From Dicyema japonicum (Eukaryota > Animalia > Dicyemida), in NCBI GenBank assembly GCA_011109175.1, contig RDEW01000029.1:530158-594157 (forward strand): 64,000 nucleotides of DNA. Reading direction: 5' to 3'. Positions 1 to 12,189 of the stretch are shown piece after piece. Every line of letters starts with the position of its first letter. Position 1 is the stretch's first letter. The position numbers and the translations under genes are program-made. A model generated the notes under the pieces. That model was not told the origin of the DNA. It did no database searches and saw nothing but the letters and a program-made list of their open reading frames with translations.

Positions 1-588
1 AACATTTTTAATTACATTATTCTACATTTTATTAAAGTTTTTGATTAGCTTTTTTCACAATTAAATTAATTTTCTAGATAAATATGTCCTAAAGTTAAAA
101 ATGTTCAAACCTTCAAATTTATAAAGCAAAAATAAAACTCGCCCTAGTGATAAGTAAGGCAAGTTGTTTCTATCACTTAAAAAATAATTAGCACTAAAAA
201 CTATCAAATCTGCACAAAAAATTGATTATGTACACTATACTGCCCATATACTTTTCAAAAATGAAAAATCATGAAAAAAGAAAAAGATTAGTAACGACTA
301 AGAGTACGAGAATTCATCAGAATGTTCTCTATAATCATCGAATAACTCAATACTCATTCATATCAGTAGAAAACACAGAATAGGCATCATCACTTACATC
401 GATGTTGACCATCCGCGAATCCCAATTAAACGTGTCAGTAGTACATATATCATTAATGCCACCATCAGTTGTGTAGGCCATCCCCAAGGGAGCGGTCTCA
501 TTCTAACGTCATTAATAAACTCACCACAATAGATGATCCTCCATTGGCACATTCAAGTCGGAGAATATAGTTTCCAATAACAATTTCC

Positions 589-1942
589 TTACTCTCTAAG
601 AATATTGTATTTTTGGTAGTAAGACGGGGACCGTACACTCATTTTGAAAATGATACTGTTGTTCAATATGAACCCCCCACTCTCCAAACGATTGAACCGA
701 CAGAACCGAGTATATCCCCAGCATTCTCCAACTTCAAAATCTGAGGTATAAGTCCGAGATATATTTTTAGTCTCGTCCTCATTGATCAGTTCTAGCTTGT
801 ATTCAAATCTGAATGAGACCTACGCTATACCTGCATGATTCACGGAGACCGCTTGTAAGCTCAATAAACAAGGACAAAAAGCTTCCCTCGACTTCTCCAC
901 TCCCATTCTGCCGTTAAACATAAACTGTTACGGGGTAGACCTTCATTCGCCAGCCGATTCCGTCAGACAACAGCAGATCAGAAAAAACAGGTTTTCCGAC
1001 AATTTTGACCTCACTAAAGTTTTTAAGGGTGAAATCCTTGAATTCGTAATGCGGAATACACTCACTGAAATCAATAGACTGATGAACCTATGGAAAAGAT
1101 TCATAGTTTCCTCTAGGGGACTAATCACACCGGGACTTCAAACATCATTTCGATTTCCTCATTGATTTTCGGGGCTTCCTCGACCAACTGGCGATGAGTA
1201 AACAACTGCAGTTTCGACTCCGTGTTCTTTATCACCGTCGTAGCCAAGTTTATATTCTCGTGGACGCAGTTACTGGATTCTGATAGAAATTAGAGTCATT
1301 TACTTTCTAGTTCCAGAAGTTTCTTCTGCTGTAGAATCTCAAGTCTCTCCATATTTTTGGAAAACATACTCCTCATATCTTTCAGCTGCTGGACTTTGAT
1401 ATTCTTTATTTGTTCCACTTGGTGAGCCTTAGTAAACAAAAATCAAACAAATTTGTCACTCTGCTTCTCCAATAAATCAACCTTCTCCGTCAAAAAAACG
1501 AGATTAGCCTTTATCCCCTTTCTGATTTCCGAATAAACGTCCACGAGGGGTTTAAATTCATGCTTGGAGTGCTCATCGGACCAAAGGGCACAGTGGTTAC
1601 AGATCGGGGAGGAACATGTGTTGCAATATATCTTCCGTTTTTTCCCATGAACAGTACAACTAAATATATTACAAGATTTTACGTTTCCGGGGAATCTTTA
1701 GGAATATCATGAGTGCTGTTCCACTGTCCAATAACGTCACCAGCCCAGCGACAAGGGACAAGATCATCCATCGAAAGGGGACTGCGGCAATGGGGACAAG
1801 ATTTTTGACAATTTTCTATCCATCTCTTTACACACTCAAAACAGCACATTTTAGAGCAGTGTGGACAGAGGACAGCATTTGCTAGGTTATTCATGCAAAT
1901 GCAGCAATTAAATATCTCCGGAATTGCTTGATTCGAGAACAT
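589..1942 (-). CDS. TRIM37: TRIM37-like E3 ligase (RING, B-box, coiled coil, MATH), multi-exon; 3' end uncertain
   Basis: RING CCICMNNLANAVLCPHCSKMCCFECVKRWI..CPHCRSPL..VPCRWA; after 23-nt intron 1660-1682, B-box CTVHGKK..YCNTC..ICNHCALW..H..HEFKPL; introns 1428-1448 (21 nt) and 1280-1303 (24 nt); MATH GWRMKVYPNG..SDFEVGECWGYTRF..VRSPSYYQK. Confidence 0.9.
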
Positions 1943-2039
1943 TTAATATCACACAAATGTTGTTTCTGCTTAGTGATATAATTTATTTATTTGATATAAT
2001 ATCATTAAATATTTAATAAAATTTTTAACTTTATTGATT

Positions 2040-2900
2040 ATCACTACATTTACGTTGGTAGGTAGTGACGTACCTACTGGTAATGCCTCAAAAACACTAT
2101 GGACTAAAGAATTTCATCTGCGGAACTGGATGAAGACTATGGGGAATACAGATTTCTGTTACGGGGACCGGACTGTATGCACCATGGAATGGGCTTTTGA
2201 TTCCTCAAAGCATTACAATCGAAAAGTATCGGAAAATCAGACACGATTTGCATAATTCATATATTGATTATCCATAAATTATCGACGATATTTACTGTTT
2301 ATGCTCTCACGGTGGGTATAACCGAAAAATCCATATGAAATTGACCTGTCATACACTGTCTCCGACTCTAATGGATGTGCTTATGTTATTATTGCAGGGG
2401 ATTGGAACTCAAAAGTTGGAAGACGGCATATTGGTGAAAGATTCATTGGAATTAATAACAGAGGCAAAATAAACGCCAATAGAGATCCACTTGCAGACTC
2501 GTGCACGGCAATTATGTTTTCAAGCACACAGAAAGATTAATGATCGTCTGGATTGGTCAAAAAAGTGGGGATGAGACGATACCTATTCACACTGGGGAGA
2601 CTACATTTTATGCAAAGAAATATTCATTATCATGTGGAGTCACGTTCTCTCAAGCGTTTAAAATCAACCAACCAAAGTGCAATGGAAGACACATAATGGC
2701 ACGGTGATCTCGATTGAGTCATTGAACACCATGCTGACATTCTGAAAAGGCGTATGGAAAGATCAACTATATCTCGGGATTACCTGAAATCTGTCAACCC
2801 GACAAAAGTTGGAACTGCATTGCCGGTCGAATTAGATGTGCAGCCTCGAGTTTATTAAAGGTCGTCTTAACAGGCCCCAAATCAACGTTATTTGTGATAG
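2040..2900 (+). mobile_element. Decayed RTE-like LINE endonuclease remnant
   Basis: Frames YRFLLRGPDCMHHGMGF and VIIAGDWNSKVGRRHIGERFIG resemble the APE at 46251-46850; many stops. Confidence 0.55.
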
Positions 2901-3084
2901 AAAATTTGGGAGTTGTCAAGAATATAAGGGAACTTATGCAACCTTAAAGAAGAGGGGGGGGGGAAATACAAATGAATATAAAGAAAGGAGTGAAAGAATT
3001 TGAATAGAAAAATTAAATCATGCTCAAGGAAATTAGATTTTAGAATAAATCAAGTGTATCTGGAAAAATTAAAGGAGCGAGAAG

Positions 3085-4125
3085 GAAAATATAAAATAAA
3101 AATTCTAAAACGAGTTTTAAAAAAGAGAATCATTGGAAAATATAAATGATTCGACCTCTTCAAGAGATAGATACCATAGAAAATTAAAATTCTAAAAAGA
3201 GTTAAAGGAAGAGATTTATTGGAAAATAAGATGATTCAAACTCTTAAAGATATCGGTCCCTTAGAAAATTAAAATTATAAAAAAAAGTTAAAAAAAGAGA
3301 TTCATTGGAAAATTAGATGAATCATAAGAAAATAAGAAGATTCACCTCTTTACGATGTTGATACATTAAAAATTAAATTTATCAAAAGAGTTAAAAAAGA
3401 GATTCACTTTAAAATAAGATGATTCGACAACTTCAAAAGATCGGTCCCTTAGAAAATTAAATTTACAAAAAGAGTTAAAAAAGAGATTCATTTCAAAATA
3501 AGATGATACTACCAATTCAAAAGATCGGTGTCTAAACAAATTAAATTTATTGAAAGAGTTAAAAAATGAGATTCATTGGAAATAAAATGATTCGAACACT
3601 TCAAGAGATCAGTCTCCTAGAAATTTAAAATTTTAAAAAGAGTTAAAAAATGAGATTCATTTTAAAATAAGATCATCCGACAATTTGAAAATGATCGTCC
3701 CTTTGAAAATTAAAATTCTAGAAAGAGTTAAATATGAGATTCAATGGAAAATAGGATGATTCGACAACTATACGACATCGATCCCAATAAAAAGTAAAAT
3801 TCTAAAAGAGATAGAAAAGTGAGATTCACTTCATAATAAGATGATTCGACCACTTCAAAATATCGTTCCCAATGAAAATCAAATTTCTAAATAGAGATAA
3901 AAAAAGAGATTCATTTCAAAATAAGATAATACGACCATTTCAAAAGATCGGTCCCTGAAAAAATTAAATTTATAGAAAGAGTTAAAAAATGAGATTCATT
4001 GGAAAATAGGATGATTCGACCACATCAAGAGATCGGTCTCCTAGAAATTTAAATTTCTAAAGAGTTAAAAAACGAGATTCACTTCAAAATAAGATAATAC
4101 GATCACTTCAAAAGATCTGTTTCTT
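3085..4125. repeat. Tandem array of ~12 units of 83-86 bp with higher-order structure
   Basis: GAGATTCA-type anchor at 3125, 3211, 3297, 3399, 3483, 3568, 3652, 3736, 3821, 3906, 3991, 4074. Confidence 0.95.
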
Positions 4126-5817
4126 AAAAAATTACAACAACATAAAGACAGAAAATGCAAATAGATGGACGATACTATCGAAAGCTCTCTACAAATACCC
4201 TCCAATGCAGAGAGTGTGGAAGTGGATCTAAAACATCAAAAGATCCTCCCCAGAGAGAAAAGTCGAAGTCTACATAAAACCAGACACTGATAACATATTA
4301 CACATCTATATCCTACAGGAAGTTTTCAAAAGAACACCAATTATTCCTGAAAAAGATTGAACCGAACTGGATCCTATTTACTAGTCAGGATGTTCGCAGA
4401 GCCATATCCAAGGCCAACAACTCAGAGGCCAAAGGACCAGACAACATAACCACGTGTGAACTGAAGCACCTAGGCCATCGAGCCCTGGAACTATTAGCCT
4501 ATATCTTCAACCTATCCATAAACACAAATACAATCACTGAAATATGGAAGAAGTCTCTAATCAGACCTATCCGAAAACCCAACAAACCAATAGATGAACC
4601 ATCTTCCTATCGCTCAATATCTATTCTAAGTCCGGTCTCAAGGATACTTGAAAGGCTTGTTTTGGAAAAAATATAAGACTCAATCTCAATACCTCCGACC
4701 CAGCACGGATTCCGGGATAACCATTCGACAACAACACACCTTACAACCCTCACACAATTCATTGCGGAAGGATTTAACTCCCCCGAACCACATCAGAGGA
4801 CAGTACTTATATCCGTGGACATCACAAAAGCGTTCGACTCAGTCCCCAGGAAACTCCTAACAAAGAAAATATACGAAACCAACATCCATCCGAACCTGAA
4901 ACTTTGGCTTGGAAACTTCCTAAATGGAAAACGAGCACAAGTACTCTGCAACAACATCAAATCAAGATCTCGCTATTTCCCAAATGGAGCCTCTCAAGGC
5001 TCCCACTATCACCCCAACTCTTCAATCTCTACATAAACGACATGCCACAAACCTGTAATGAAAACTGTCTAATCCTCTCCTATGCCGACGATATCATTCT
5101 TGCCTCCAAGAACAGAAGCATTCAATCAGCGACTCAGTTGGCTCAACAAATGCTCGACAACTTGGAACTATGGCTCTCGAAGCGGAGACTCGACACATCA
5201 GCAGCAAAGTCCTTTGCCACACTGTTTACCACCTACAAGAGACAGCTCTGTATCGAACCAAAAGTCTTTATGAAGAACGAAGCTATCTCTATTAACAAAA
5301 CACCGAAGATTCTGGGAGTAACCTTTGATCAGGGACTCACCTTTATCCGGCATGTTGAAAACAAAGTAACTTCTGCTATGAAAAAAATGAGAATTTTAAA
5401 AGTGCTCTCAAAAACACTTAGAGACCAAACTGGTGTCCTTGCCACGATTTACAAACAATTTATCTGACCAACGATGACGTATGCAAGTCCTTCATGGGCA
5501 ATGAAAATGTCACGATCTTCCTCATTGAAATTATCCGCAATCGAGGAGACTGCAATAAAGTTAATTAAACCAGAACTCAATATCAACCCAATGAAAACTT
5601 TTTAATCGAACTACAACTGAAACTATTAAAGGAGGCTATTCTACCGAGCTGCCCTCTATTCCATATACTATCGAATTATCTACAATCATACAGAAATTTT
5701 GAGCCGATGACATGTCCAACTGTTCAGGATTCTCGACCCCGCCGAACTCGTCCTTTTAACCTCACTTTTATTTCTTTTTCTTTGACCCAGTGATCCTGGG
5801 GGTAATAATAATAATAA
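4126..5817 (+). mobile_element. Jockey/I-like LINE (family A), 5'-truncated and frameshifted RT with 3' hairpin and (TAA)n tail
   Basis: KAKGPDNI-like segment, HRTVLISVDITKAFDSV, QGSPLSPQLFNLYINDMP, SYADD, KILGVTFD; tail 5803-5817. Confidence 0.9.
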
Positions 5818-5819
5818 CT

Positions 5820-6530
5820 TTTATGGATCAAATTTCTACTCTTATTTATACTGGTCAAGTTACATATCAGATCATCTCAGTGAAAAAAATGAGCCATCAA
5901 AATGGAAAGAGAATATAAGTAAAAAAATTGAAAAGTGGAAATCATTTCTTTTGATAATTAAAAAGTTTTTTATGAAGACTTTGTCAACCGAGGAAAAACC
6001 TATGGCTTCTCATGCATCATCGTTAGTTGGATGTAAAAAGAAAAACCATGGTGAAAAAGCGAAGATTACTTAGTGCATTGAAGATAAAATTAAAATTCTC
6101 AAATAGAAATTGTGTGTATCTGAGTCCCGCAAGAGATTTCGCCATGCTAATCTAAACTTTAAATTAAATCGAAGATCATTTTACAGAAACTTAACCCTTA
6201 GGGCAAATAATGTTACTACGTTTATTGATAATGAAAAATGTGCAGATTTTTGGGAAGACGTTTGGAAAAAGAAAGATGCATGTTTAGAGAAGATCAATAT
6301 TGAAAAAAGGATAACTGGTGTTGAGAATGTACCTGTTGGATTTAATAGAAATGGTTTTAATGAAACAATTAAATATCTGCCTAACTGGAAAGCCCCAGGC
6401 TGTGATGTAGTTTTTAACTTTTTTGTTAAAAAGTTCACGTCTTTGCACGACTCAATATTTAATGTGATGAGTAGAGTTATGGAAGGAAAATGTGTGCCTG
6501 GAGAGTGGTTTTTCGCTGGACTCACTGTTA
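5820..6530 (+). mobile_element. R4/Dong-like non-LTR retrotransposon, N-terminal RT fragment
   Basis: FKLNRRSFYR..CADFWEDVW..IKYLPNWKAPGCD..FNFFVKKFTSLH. Confidence 0.7.
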
Positions 6531-6880
6531 TCAATAATATTCGTCGTCCACCTCATTTTTCACTTGAAATGTGGAATGTGTATAACTATATTCTTGCAGA
6601 TGTACCGAATACTAATAATTCCGTAGAAGGTAGGAATGATTCTATATTAATATTTTTTAAAGGTTGGAATAGATCATTTCAAACACAAGTTGGATCGCAT
6701 CACCATAATATATGGAAATTTATCGAGTGTCTGAAAAAAGAACAAAATTTGAATGAATCATTATTCGAACAATTTGTAGCTGGAAAGAGAAGCACAATAT
6801 CCAAAAAAGTGTTTTTGCGAAAGTGCTTCACGCATTAAAAGAATTGTTGAAAATTTTAGATTTGACAATAAAAATAATTT
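6531..6880 (+). mobile_element. MULE transposase C-terminal fragment
   Basis: PNTNNSVEG..WNRSFQTQVGSHHHNIWKFIECLKKEQ, like PRTNN*IEGWH in the MULE at ~15910. Confidence 0.7.
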
Positions 6881-6889
6881 TTTAACAAT

Positions 6890-7055
6890 TAAACAAATGT
6901 CAGTTGAGGAAGCCTGCTGCGTGGTTTGCGAACGAGTTCCCTCGGAGTATGTTTCCTCCAAGCCTGTAGCCGTCAAAGATCTGACGATCACATCGTTCAG
7001 AGCAGCACGACGTGGTCCCCTTCCGGCGCTTCTTCTGCAGGACAGCGGGTCCTGA
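6890..7055 (-). mobile_element. CRE-like retrotransposon fragment (start of RLE region)
   Basis: GC-rich island translating RRAALNDVIVRSLTATG. Confidence 0.4.
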
Positions 7056-7184
7056 CAATATAAATGAATATCTTAGAGGAATAGCTCACAATATTTCTTT
7101 TTAAATATCTTGAATAAAATTAATTAATTGTTATTAGAAAAACATGACGATTTATACAAATTGTTAATTAGACGAATTGTTTTA

Positions 7185-7790
7185 GATCAATATACTGGTT
7201 ACCAAGTATTTGGGTGTATTGAAAGGCCCTGGGCAAATTGACAAGGCAGACATGCTCAAAACAATATTTTCTGGAGTATGCCAAAGAATAGAAAAATTAG
7301 TAAATACTAAATTGAACTCAATCAACCTTTTTAAAACAATTAACGAACATCATTATTTTTATACAATTACTATATCGGCTTTATTGATTTGGAACAGAAT
7401 GAATTTGAGATGATTGATACTTCTATCCTTAGTTTGCTGAATAAACATCATATACATATTAAAACAGCTTGCAAAGAGAGACTGTGCCTACCTCGAAACA
7501 TGCTAGGGAGAGGATTGAGCTCGATCTCTTTCCCTTGAAAGAATGTTATTTGGTTTTCTGATCAACTTGAAAGAAACCTTGTTGCAGAAGAAATTCCGCT
7601 ATTCTTCAGGCCGAAATCTATAGTAAAACACATATGGCTACCACTAAAGAATTTTTGCGGGAAAAGTACTCTGTTGACGATACATTTATCCTGGATAGTA
7701 AATTTTTGACTGACCTACAAAGAAAAAACTTAAGGAAACAAATAAGTATGAAAAGTCTTCATTCACATATGAAACGCATCAAAAAAATAA
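7185..7790 (+). mobile_element. R4/Dong-like RT fragment
   Basis: YLGVL..TKLNSINLFKTINEH..KERLCLPRNMLGRGLSSI; paralog of 13130-13669. Confidence 0.75.
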
Positions 7791-8871
7791 TTAAAGATGA
7801 ATAATTTTTACATGATCTTAATTTTAAAATAATACAAAAACTTTTTTCCCAATATCTTTTTAAGAAGCGTTGCAGCTTGGGAATACCCAATGAACCTCAT
7901 TCCAAAATCGGGAAGATTATTCTTGTAGTTTTTTTAGTTTGGACTTAACGTTAAAACTTTGGCAGAAGCAATTAGAATTGTTTTTATATATAGCAAAAAA
8001 TTAATTTGTTACAAAATTATTTTTTTTATTTATATAGTTATTTTTAAAGCAAGTTCTTATCAATTATAATTGTAACATATTCTAAAATTTCATAAAAAAT
8101 TATTACTATTAGCACTAGTTTGGTCAAATTAAATATATAATTTGATAAATTAAATCAAAAAATTTTTTTTTGATTTTTTTCTAAGTCCAAGGTGTAACGC
8201 GTAGCGCCTGTGACATAATATCTATACGCGGATGGATAACAAAGACTCTCAGGACGGCGGAACAAGTAAATTTGTGGATGATCTAGAGTGTGTTGGAGAA
8301 GTCCAAACACTAAATTGCTCGTAGAAAAGGCGTCTTTGCTAAAAAGGAAATATTTCTAACTAATTTATGAACATTAATTTTGTAAAATAAACTGGCCTTA
8401 TTAGACATTTTATTTCTCAATTAATACAATTTGTAAATTCTAATGGTTTTTAAATATTCTTAATTTTTTTTAATTCAGTGACGATTTATCAGACTGTGAA
8501 AATAATTTAACTCATTAATAAAAAATGACCTTTTCTTTAAAAATGGAATTTTATAACAAAAATGGCCTTACTCATAACAATAATGCCCCGCTTTCAATTT
8601 CCATATTACAGAGATCTATTTGACTGATCTATGTATCGCAGTTTTTTACAACTTATGATTAAATACACGAAGGAACAGAATCTTTTACAATAAAATAAAT
8701 CTCATACTATTCTCGTGTATCTCTGGCAATTATCTTCATATCTTTAGTGCTTGTTGATACGATAACTAGCTTTTCAGTATTATTAGGATCTTTAGAGTTT
8801 TTCGATTTACAAAGTTTTCTGTCTTCTTTTTTGTCATTCTTAATGATAAATTTCATGAATTATAAGTTTGA

Positions 8872-9180
8872 GCCGCGTGGTTAATTGGTTAATTTTTTCA
8901 GCTTACTTGTCTGTTCCTCCTCTCTCTTCCTAATAAAGTGGCGTCATGTGATCCACCTGTCTAGGTGACGCCCAGTGCCAGGCCTGTACGAAAAAAATCA
9001 TTTGCTCTTTCCCACTCTACTGGAGGGGTTTCCACAACTGCATGTAATGGGCGTCTTACCTTTTATGCTGCTGACTCCGGATGGACTCTGTTTATGTAGA
9101 AGTGGAAACTGGATATACTTAATTAGTTGTTTACTTTAACTTCTTTCTCGGTGTATCCGGAGTTAATAAATAAATTAAAC
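8872..9180 (+). mobile_element. Non-autonomous retroposon family B, copy 1
   Basis: Near-identical to 55153-55480; ends in LINE-A-like tail TTTCTCGGTGTATCCGGAGTTAATAAA. Confidence 0.85.
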
Positions 9181-9557
9181 TGTACTCTTCATTATCCTTT
9201 ACAAACATTTTTAGAGACATTAAGTCAAAGTAGAAAATTTGTTAGCCTCCTGATTTTATCTGCAAAAAGAACGCCAATAAAAAATGACGTAATTTTTTTT
9301 ATAAAATACGTTAGCGTAAATTTTTGAATATTTAGTATAAAATTTTAGGCTCAGGCTAGACAAATGCACATGCTATTAGTCTCTAGGATAAAGTACTAGG
9401 CGGCCTATCATATAGTGTTTTCCCATCAATAACGACACTTCGTCAATCACTATATTTTAATTGTATTCCGTAGTTTTCCCAAATTCTAAAAATAGTGTGT
9501 AATCGACAAAAAACTAAAATATTTGACTTTAATCCAAAATGAATCAATCAGTCACCA

Positions 9558-10472
9558 TTATAGTTCGTGTTCTGAAACCACATGAAAGGGACACTGCTTG
9601 CCTTTAGACCGGAAATCATTCTCACAGACACACTCATAAGTTCCCGGCAAATTAATACAAGGATTATTTCCACAAGGCTTGAATTCTGAGCATTCGTCAA
9701 CGTCATCACACAGCTGTTTAGATCAGAATTATGAACATAGCCAAGATCGCAAGTCCTGCAGTCTGTGTAATCCTTACAAGTCTTGCAGGAAGGATGACAT
9801 TCTACAAGTAAACCTCCAAGTATTACTCGTGCACTTTTCCCCATCAAAATAATAATCTGTGAGACATTGCCGACAATCATCTCCAAAGTGACCGGGCAGA
9901 CAAACACATCTCCCAGATCCAGAGCGAGTCCCATTTCCCTATAAATAAGTTCGAATAATACATCACATTCACAATTTTTCCCTCTTTGATCATCACAGGG
10001 TAAACAAGACAGGCCAAAGTGACCAACAGGACAACAAACTCCAAGTTTGTCAACACACATAGAGTCCACAATACTGATGCTATCTCTGTCGTTCTTCCAC
10101 CACTTTAAGAGGTCGTCCTCGATCTCTTCCAAAATAGAATTGCAAGCATTTAAATCATTTTTCTTAATACATAAAATTTGTTACAAGGAAGTGGGGTTCC
10201 GCAGTGGACGAGAAAATTGAATCGAGAATAGTATAGAATCTCAGTTCACTAGAATAATTTTAATAAAAACCTGTCTTTAAATTTCGAAAGCTTCTTTTCC
10301 TGCCAAACAGGATCTCCTCCATCATAATTTGAATTCTCTGTATCGTCTATCAACTAATTTGTTTAATTTAACCAACCGTGTTAATTCTTTCGGCTAATTT
10401 TTTGCAAGACCGGCATCTATCAAAAATGTAATCTGATTTTGTTAAAAATACTATTATAAGTATCGCAATCAT
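9558..10472 (-). CDS. CRELD2: CRELD-like ER protein (signal peptide, CxxC, EGF/furin repeats, C-terminal EHEL)
   Basis: MIAILIIVFL..CRSC..NYDGGDPVWQEKKLSKFKDSELRF..WWK..MCVDKLGVCCP..GNGTRSGSGRCVC..DVDEC..SEHEL*; introns 10354-10376, 10249-10270, 10163-10184, 9939-9961, 9802-9826, probably 9714-9736. Confidence 0.88.
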
Positions 10473-10544
10473 GAACAATTACGTGTACTATTCTTATATT
10501 ATTTAAATTTAAAATTTAATATATTTATTAAATAAAATTAAAAA

Positions 10545-11130
10545 ATATTATTGCAAATGTTCAAGTTGCTACTGTACCAATGAACAAATGGGTGGACTTA
10601 TATAATTTAGTCTGGTAAATTTAGCGTGGCTTTATGTGATTCACCAACTATGTAAGTTTTGGTTACGTCCAGAGGGCACCTAATGTGCCTCAAGAGAGCC
10701 AATAATATCTTTTCATTGGGAAGTTTTTCACTCCTAGCAAGATTTCTACAGCCTGACAAAAGACAGCTACATTGCTTCAATTAAACGTCCCTGGAATGAG
10801 AGGAAAGATCTTGTAACTCACTACAAATAGTCCTCTTCATACAAATATATAGACCCATTGATCGATGAAAAGGGGAGGCCGTGTCCATTACTTTGTTATG
10901 ACCGATCTATCTGCACTGGAGAGTCTTAAACCGGAACCGTCTACTACGGAAATTTTGTAAATCATTAAAAACGTTTCTGGTGCCGATGAAAAGATAATGG
11001 AAATTACAACATACAGTGGGGCAAATAAGACATGGCAACCCTTACATTCTCCTCAACTGCATCCTTCACTTTAGTCTCCTTCATACTGCATATAGTGACT
11101 TTGTATGATGTTAAATTAAAATTTTAATTT
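10545..11130 (+). pseudogene. Decayed Cys-containing gene-like frame divergent from CRELD
   Basis: Micro-intron-like GT..AG segments (gtaagttttggttacgtccag, gtaactcactacaaatag); one frame persists through several stops to a hydrophobic tail. Confidence 0.3.
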
Positions 11131-11361
11131 TTATAACAGAATATAACTTATTTCAACATAATGTAAAAATGTATAAGATTTAAATAACTGTTCTCTATCA
11201 AATTTTATTATTTTTTAAATTGATTTGTTAATTTTATCCATCTAGATCTCAATTTCTAATGGAATCTTGATTTTTCAGTGGAAAAAAGTCATGGAAAAAT
11301 TCATGTTTTTAACTATTTTTCGTTTTTATTAAGCTCCAACAAGTCAAGAAGTTAATTATTC

Positions 11362-11850
11362 ATATTATTATTACCCCCAGGATCATTGGGTCAAATAGAA
11401 AGAAATAAAAAGTTCTCAACTAACTAAGTGATCCCAGACCGACAAGGGAGAGGACGAGTCCGGTGGGGTCGAGAATCCTGAACTGCTCTTCTCATTGAAC
11501 ATGGCATCGGCTCAAAATTTCTGTATGATTGTAGATATTTCGGTGTGTATGGAATAGAGGGCAGCTCGGTAAACTACCCTCTTTTAAGAGATTCCGTTGT
11601 AATTCGATTGCGGATAATTTCAATGAGGAAGATCGAGATATTTGCATTGCCCATGAAGGACTTGCATACGTTATCGTTGGTCGGATAAATTGTTTGTAAA
11701 TCGTGGCAAGGCCACCAGTTTGGTTTCTAAGTGTTTCGAGTCCTGATCAAAGGTGACTTCCAGAATCTTCGGTGTTTTGTTAATAGCTTCGTTCTTCATA
11801 AAGATTTTTGGTTCGACACAGAACTGTCTTTTGCAAGTGGTAATTATTCG
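11362..11850 (-). mobile_element. LINE family A 3' fragment
   Basis: Highly similar to 5200-5817 (NKTPKIL.VTFDQ); same CCCA-tgatc-CTGGG hairpin and (TAA)n tail. Confidence 0.9.
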
Positions 11851-12189
11851 TACAGTATGACCTCTATTTAGGGCACCTATTTGAAAAAAATGCCCCAAAA
11901 ACAGAGGTTTCCCCAAAAATGGAGGTTCGGCATTTTCTTTAGATTTATCCACAGTTTAACAATTTAAATTTGCTTTTTATTAAATTTATAGATAAATAAT
12001 GTTTTTTTTTATAGATTTTTCAGAATTACATTAAAAACAAATTTATTTAACGATAGTAAAATAGTCTGTTAATTTCCCTCCGGTTGCGGATTTTTTCATT
12101 TGCATTCCTAATATTTTTCTGAAATTATAATAATCTTTCAAAGCTTCAGGAAACAAATTGAAAATGTTCTCTTCAAGTGTATTCATCGC

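Noticed and set aside
3085-4125. CRISPR-like array
   Set aside because: Whole units are homologous with no unique spacers, there are no cas genes, and the context is eukaryotic
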